Of a stretch of DNA of 64,000 nt, positions 59,224 to 64,000 are shown one piece after another. The notes beneath the pieces are model-generated. The model saw only the letters and a list, made by a program, of their open reading frames with translations, made no database searches and had not been told where the DNA came from. Positions within the stretch are counted from its first letter, which is position 1; each line of letters opens with the position of its first letter. The stretch covers positions 95,854 to 159,853 of the forward strand of contig CAZKWX010000001.1 of the NCBI GenBank assembly GCA_964556685.1, read 5' to 3'. Origin of the DNA: an uncultured Bdellovibrionales bacterium. GTDB lineage: Bacteria > Patescibacteriota > Minisyncoccia > Moranbacterales > DUUL01. The translations under genes and the position numbers were made by a program.

Positions 59224-59709
59224 CTAAAAAAACATATTCAAACTCCAGATGAACATCACCAAATAGAATGCCATAAAAATCCAAGGGATTTTCAATTCAA
59301 TCGCCGTGAATGGAGTGAAAGTTTTTGGATCTTTTCCATTCTTCAGCACTTCCCATTCGGCACTATACAATCCTAGCGGTAATTCTTTTTCTACCTTATG
59401 AATCACTTTGAATTTACAGGAGTTCTTCATTTTGTAAGCTTTAATCAAACGAAACCAGAAAAAACAAATAATCATTCCCAGCAAAGATGAGGTCGTGAGA
59501 ATAAATGTGGAATCAGAATAATTCGCATGAACGATTGCTAAAACAGCAATCAAACCAGTGTTCAACGCCAAGAAGAAATCATTCGTCTTCTGACGGCGCT
59601 GGCTATTGTGATTAACTGATTTAATATAAATCTTATATTGCTCAAACAAATACTTCGTGTAATCACCATCAAATTTTTCCTTTTCTGCCTGGAATAATAC
59701 TTTATTCAT
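59224..59709 (-). CDS. small 3-TM protein, RipA/SLATT-like putative pore former
   Basis: LFEQYK...RRQKTNDFFLALNT, KF.VI..E..LP...EW, IE..IPW. Confidence 0.65.
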   Translation of the reverse strand: MNKVLFQAEKEKFDGDYTKYLFEQYKIYIKSVNHNSQRRQKTNDFFLALNTGLIAVLAIVHANYSDSTFILTTSSLLGMIICFFWFRLIKAYKMKNSCKFKVIHKVEKELPLGLYSAEWEVLKNGKDPKTFTPFTAIELKIPWIFMAFYLVMFIWSLNMFF

Positions 59710-59737
59710 ATCGTTGTTCTAATGATTATTCGCTTCT

Positions 59738-59755
59738 TGCGTCCTCGCCAGGACT
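59738..59755 (-). pseudogene. tRNA-Arg 3' fragment (18 nt)
   Basis: AGTCCTGGCGAGGACGCA versus intact AGTCCTGGCGAGAGCGCA. Confidence 0.7.
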
Positions 59756-59795
59756 TTCACCCCGCCACAGTTTTCTATTGACATATTTTTATCAC

Positions 59796-59837
59796 TGCGT
59801 ACCCGGAAGGACTCGAACCTTCAACCTTCTGGTCCGA
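59796..59837 (-). pseudogene. tRNA-Arg(TCG) 3' half
   Basis: TCGGACCAGAAGGTTGAAGGTTCGAGTCCTTCCGGGTACGCA. Confidence 0.85.
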
Positions 59838-59868
59838 CCCGGCAAGCTTGCCGGGCTATCCTATTCTG

Positions 59869-59940
59869 CGCTCTCGCCAGGACTCGAACCTGGAACGTCT
59901 GGTCCGAAGCCAGATGTGATATCCATTTCACCACGAGAGC
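59869..59940 (-). tRNA. tRNA-Arg(TCG)
   Basis: GCTCTCG/CGAGAGC stem; TCTGG-CTTCGGA-CCAGA arm. Confidence 0.93.
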
Positions 59941-60013
59941 TCTATTTCACTGGAACTTCCATATGTAGGCGTTGTGGGCCTGCCCACCGAAGCTTGAGGA
60001 ACGAAAGCGTAGG

Positions 60014-60087
60014 TGGGTCATGCAGGATTCGAACCTGCGACCGTTTGCTTAAGAGGCAACTGCTCTACCAGACTGAGCTAATGACCC
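60014..60087 (-). tRNA. tRNA-Lys(CTT)
   Basis: GGGTCAT/ATGACCC stem; loop CTCTTAA. Confidence 0.93.
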
Positions 60088-60164
60088 ATTCATTCAAACA
60101 AGCTCAAACTTACGTGCAAAACACGTATCACTCATCATATCCTCAAAATTGTCTATAGTCAATA

Positions 60165-61502
60165 TTACTGAATTTTGTTTTTGATTTCCTCCAACGCACG
60201 ATCCAACTGAGGATCCCGATCATTGTCATAATCTTCATTGCTTATGTCAACCTTAATATCAGGCTCAAGCCCCACTTCGTGAATTGATTGGCCTGAAGGC
60301 GTGAGCCACTTGGCAATAGTAATTCGCAAACTGGATCCTCCTTCAAGATTATCTAATTGCTGCACTGATCCTTTCCCAAAACTCTTCTTTCCAACAATCA
60401 CATGTCCTTTCAGATCTCGCAGGGCACCAGCTAGAATTTCCGATGCACTGGCGCTTCCTTCGTTGATAAGCACCAGCACTGGAATTTCGCTCAGACTGTC
60501 TCCACCTAGCGCCTTGTAGGCACTTCTTTGACCATCCCGTCCTTCTTCCCAAACCACTGGCTCTCCTTTGGGAACAAACTTCGACGCCATCTCAACTGCG
60601 ATGCTCAAAAATCCTCCCGGATTGTTTCGCATATCCAAAACAATGCCCTTGGTGTTGTCAGCAATCATCTGAGCAATCACACGGTTGAATTCGTTGGAAG
60701 TGTCTTCTGAGAACTTTTTAATTCTAACATAGGCAATGCCATCTTCTTTCTGTTCATAGGTTACGCTTTTGATTTCAATCTTTCCTCGAGTGATGGTGAT
60801 GTCTTGCGTCTTCCCATCACCATTACGCATCACTGTCAACGTCACGTTGGTTCCTTTTTCACCTCGGATTTTTTTCACCGCTTCATCAATGGTGATGTCG
60901 GCTGTCACTTCTTCATTGATTTTGAGAATCTTGTCTCCCGCTCGAAGCCCGGCTTTTTCTGCCGGCATTCCTTCAATTGGCGCAATCACCGTTAAAATTC
61001 CTTCCTTCATTCCCAGCTCTGCTCCAATCCCCTCAAAGCTCCCTTCCATGTCCGTGTTAAAATCCTTTGTTTCACTGGGATCCATGAAGCCGGAATAGGG
61101 ATCTCCCAACGCTCCAATCATTCCCCGAATAGATCCATAGACCCTCTCCTGAGGATTCAGATCGCCTTCGTCGACATATTTTTGATCAACTTTCTTCCAA
61201 GCTTCCCAAAACAAATTGAAATCAACTTCGTCGGGCTTATTTTTTTCTGGATCTGAAACAAATAGCTCTTTGGGGTTAGACAGGTTTTTGATAAAACTCG
61301 AAACTTCACCTGAGGGTATTGTCGCTATTGGGTTGGCTTTTTTGCCCCAAGCCACACCCACATAGAACGCTATGACAATAAACAAAACGACCCAGAAGGT
61401 TTTCTTTTTAGAGTTCTTCCTGGGACTTGAAACGATCGACTCCTGACTATAGTCTTTTTGAATTTCTGAATTTATTTTATTCTCTGATTTATTCTCTGAC
61501 AT
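60165..61502 (-). CDS. ctpA: S41 carboxyl-terminal processing protease (PDZ)
   Basis: GDPYS, FEGIG, DMRNNPGG, SASASEI, FGKGSVQ. Confidence 0.93.
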   Translation of the reverse strand: MSENKSENKINSEIQKDYSQESIVSSPRKNSKKKTFWVVLFIVIAFYVGVAWGKKANPIATIPSGEVSSFIKNLSNPKELFVSDPEKNKPDEVDFNLFWEAWKKVDQKYVDEGDLNPQERVYGSIRGMIGALGDPYSGFMDPSETKDFNTDMEGSFEGIGAELGMKEGILTVIAPIEGMPAEKAGLRAGDKILKINEEVTADITIDEAVKKIRGEKGTNVTLTVMRNGDGKTQDITITRGKIEIKSVTYEQKEDGIAYVRIKKFSEDTSNEFNRVIAQMIADNTKGIVLDMRNNPGGFLSIAVEMASKFVPKGEPVVWEEGRDGQRSAYKALGGDSLSEIPVLVLINEGSASASEILAGALRDLKGHVIVGKKSFGKGSVQQLDNLEGGSSLRITIAKWLTPSGQSIHEVGLEPDIKVDISNEDYDNDRDPQLDRALEEIKNKIQ

Positions 61503-62343
61503 CTTCTTTCTGCTTGTTTTGATCATATAATTTATGAGGATCGGACTCTCCCAGATGTTTGATAAAAAACTTTATAGCACTTTTAATGTGAATGCGAGAA
61601 TATTTGTTAAACAAAACTGAACTGACTGCATTCTTGCTCTTGCTTTGTTTTCCATGATAGTGGAAAACTTTCACATTAGGACAATAAACGACTTCGAAGT
61701 CGTTTTTCCAAAAGCGCCAACACCAATCTACGTCTTCAAAATACATAAAATACCGCTCGTCGAACCTGCCCACTTTTTTTGCTGCCTTGCGACTGGTCAT
61801 CATGGCTGAACCCATGATCCAATCCGTCTCAATCTTGTCTACTTGCTTTTGTTTGTCCTTCATCATAAATCGATCCAAATGTTTTTTGGCAAAAGATAAG
61901 TTTCCTAGAAAAGTTCGGCGATAGACAATGGTCATGGGAGAATAGAACCGAAAACATGACTGCTGAATTGAATTATCAAAATTTATCAATTGGGGACCAA
62001 CAATTCCAACCTGGGGATTTCTTTCGAGATAGTCGATCAATTTTTCGACACTTCCTTCTTTCACAACAATGTCTGAATTGATCACAAAGTAGTAATCTCC
62101 TTTGGCTTTGTTCAAACACTGATTGACTAATTTTCCAAAACCCACATTTTTTTTATTGGGTAGAAAAGTGATCCGGCTAAATTCCTCTCGCATCAAATCA
62201 TATGTTTCTTCTTTTGTTTCACCGTCAGCTACAATGATTTCATATTCAAGGTTTTTAACGTATTTTCTAATGGAACGGATGCAGAGTCTGAGCACTGCTG
62301 GATTTCTATATGAAGTAATAAGAATCGAGAGTTTGGGATTCAT
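61489..62343 (-). CDS. GT2 glycosyltransferase (rhamnosyltransferase-like)
   Basis: NVGFG, INSD, FDERYFMYFEDVDWC. Confidence 0.9.
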   Translation of the reverse strand: MNPKLSILITSYRNPAVLRLCIRSIRKYVKNLEYEIIVADGETKEETYDLMREEFSRITFLPNKKNVGFGKLVNQCLNKAKGDYYFVINSDIVVKEGSVEKLIDYLERNPQVGIVGPQLINFDNSIQQSCFRFYSPMTIVYRRTFLGNLSFAKKHLDRFMMKDKQKQVDKIETDWIMGSAMMTSRKAAKKVGRFDERYFMYFEDVDWCWRFWKNDFEVVYCPNVKVFHYHGKQSKSKNAVSSVLFNKYSRIHIKSAIKFFIKHLGESDPHKLYDQNKQKEDVRE

Positions 62344-62382
62344 GTTTATTTTGCTAGCATAAAATGCTCCATTTTCCAGAAT

Positions 62383-63582
62383 CTATTCCTCGGCTTTGTC
62401 TTTGTCCTCATTTTTAATCTTATCCTTGTCGGCTTCATCTTTGTCCTTCTTCTTGTCCTTTTTGTCTTCATCTTCATCTGGTTTTGGAGCAGGCTTAGAA
62501 TATTGCTTCACTGGCTGTATGTCACTTTGCGCTGGCAACATGAAAATATCCTGACAAATCGTGTGAATCTCTGAATAGTTATCATGACCAGCTCGAGGAA
62601 TCAGAATATATCCTGCTTCCGGAGCGGCATCACTTGGCACCATCAGCATTCCTTCTTCTGAATTTTCAAAAACGCGTTGATAAATCTCCGCATCAGCCAT
62701 GGAAGCATATTCCCCAAAGAAACTCCTCATCTCTCTCGAAGACATGTCTGTTCTCACGTTCTCCCCAACAGCATTGAGAATGTTGTTGACCTTATTGAAA
62801 TCAGCCAAAGTTCCAATGGAAACCAGTTTGTCTTTGAGCGCTTTGAGCACCACTTGTTGACGCTTGGCTCGATCAAAGTCCGAGGTGTTTTCTCGAGCCC
62901 TGACATAACACAGTGCCTTTTCTCCATCCAAAACATTTGAGCCTTGGGGTAAAACAAATTCTCCACCGCATTCATTACCTTCAACAAATTGTGAAGTTTC
63001 ATAGAAAGGAGTGTCCAAATTAACCTCTACGCCTCCTACTGCATCTACTAGCTGTTTGAATCCAGTGAAGTTTAAGACAATAGCGTAGTGAATTTTCAAA
63101 CCGGTGACGTCCTGTGTAATTTCTTTCATTTCCTTAATTCCCTTTCCTTTATTGTTCTCTTCGCCATGAGCATAGACAGCATTTATTTTCGCGTGATAGT
63201 TAGCATTGGGAACAGCCACATATAGATCGCGAGGAATCGAAATCATGGCTACTTTGTTTTCTTCCGACTTGAGAGAAATCACCATGATGGTGTCCGCCAG
63301 CAATCCTCCGCCAGGAATGTTGGCGCCTCTCATGCCAACCAGCAGGATATTGGTTCGACCTTCTTCGTCAAGGACATCGCCACTGCCTAACGCTCCGAAT
63401 AGACTTCCAAAGACTGATTTGTCCTTGTCAGATATTTTATTGAGAGTATATCCTGCTTTGTAGAGAAATCCTCCAATTAGAAGCAGAATGATGGCCGCAC
63501 CAAAAACAATCCAAAACCATTTTTTCTGGTAGAACTTTTTTTGGTTGTAATTACTTGTTGGAGCCCATGAAGCAGATGACAT
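62383..63582 (-). CDS. LCP (LytR-CpsA-Psr) family protein
   Basis: DTIMV, SIPRDL, KINAVY, LVDAVGGV, SDFDRAKRQQ. Confidence 0.95.
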   Translation of the reverse strand: MSSASWAPTSNYNQKKFYQKKWFWIVFGAAIILLLIGGFLYKAGYTLNKISDKDKSVFGSLFGALGSGDVLDEEGRTNILLVGMRGANIPGGGLLADTIMVISLKSEENKVAMISIPRDLYVAVPNANYHAKINAVYAHGEENNKGKGIKEMKEITQDVTGLKIHYAIVLNFTGFKQLVDAVGGVEVNLDTPFYETSQFVEGNECGGEFVLPQGSNVLDGEKALCYVRARENTSDFDRAKRQQVVLKALKDKLVSIGTLADFNKVNNILNAVGENVRTDMSSREMRSFFGEYASMADAEIYQRVFENSEEGMLMVPSDAAPEAGYILIPRAGHDNYSEIHTICQDIFMLPAQSDIQPVKQYSKPAPKPDEDEDKKDKKKDKDEADKDKIKNEDKDKAEE

Positions 63583-64000
63583 TATTTGTTCTTAATTTTT
63601 ATGAAGCCCTACGGGCAAGCCCGTGGTGCCTTTCTTGCCCGAACCAATCTAGTAGCTCGTTTGTGAGGGCAGAATCACTATCCGTCCACCTGACCTACTG
63701 GTAGATTATTGACTATTGTAAGCAAGCCATTCCAGAAGATCTATTTGTCCGCCCCGCTCGGCGGGACGATCTTTTGGGGATATAGATAAACCAAAACCAT
63801 AGCTGCTTTGAAAAGCGGCTACTTCATTCTAGCACAAAAAAACAAAAAAAGCACCCCCCTCGCATATTACAAATACTCACTATTTATCGTATAAATTTTC
63901 ATAAACCGCCAATGTTTCTTGGGCGCATTTTCCCCAAGAAAAATTTCTGGCCCGGATCAATCCCTTTTCTATCAACATCTTTTTTAATTCATCATTTATC

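Noticed and set aside
59778-60158. 126-aa plus-strand ORF
   Set aside because: It is antisense to the tRNA genes. Most other short overlapping ORFs in the track are likewise shadows of real genes.
63604-63790. IS200/IS605 element
   Set aside because: Only an end-like hairpin (CTACGGGCAAGCCCGTGG) and no tnpA or tnpB; at most a remnant.

Overview
A bacterial chromosomal segment using the standard genetic code (TAA, TAG and TGA all act as stops). Gene content points to Patescibacteria/CPR (Parcubacteria-like); this is inferred from the alpha2-type glyQS, DUF4012, the FtsA-like/baseplate-J pair, charged extensions on r-proteins and the infA-rpmJ-rpsM-rpsK-rpsD-rpoA-rplQ-rplM-rpsI block. It carries glmS, glyQS with a T-box leader, leuS, valS, cell-envelope genes, an ECF sigma/anti-sigma pair, lutA/lutB-like genes and three tRNAs. 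The main unexplained structures are: (1) many palindromic and short-repeat elements, including gene-less copies of the flanks of a GxxExxY nuclease cassette that end 5-7 nt before start codons, and about 14 elements sitting in frame inside genes such as leuS, valS, rplQ and rpsK; (2) stacks of displaced 3' ends downstream of leuS and tRNA-Arg with no integrase in the window; (3) an MMPL + LolA-like + beta-barrel-like operon in a lineage thought to lack an outer membrane; (4) an alpha/beta-hydrolase domain inserted in LeuRS; (5) a pair of secreted NTGxN-repeat proteins. All calls come from reading the sequence by eye. No database searches were run, so novelty is unverified.
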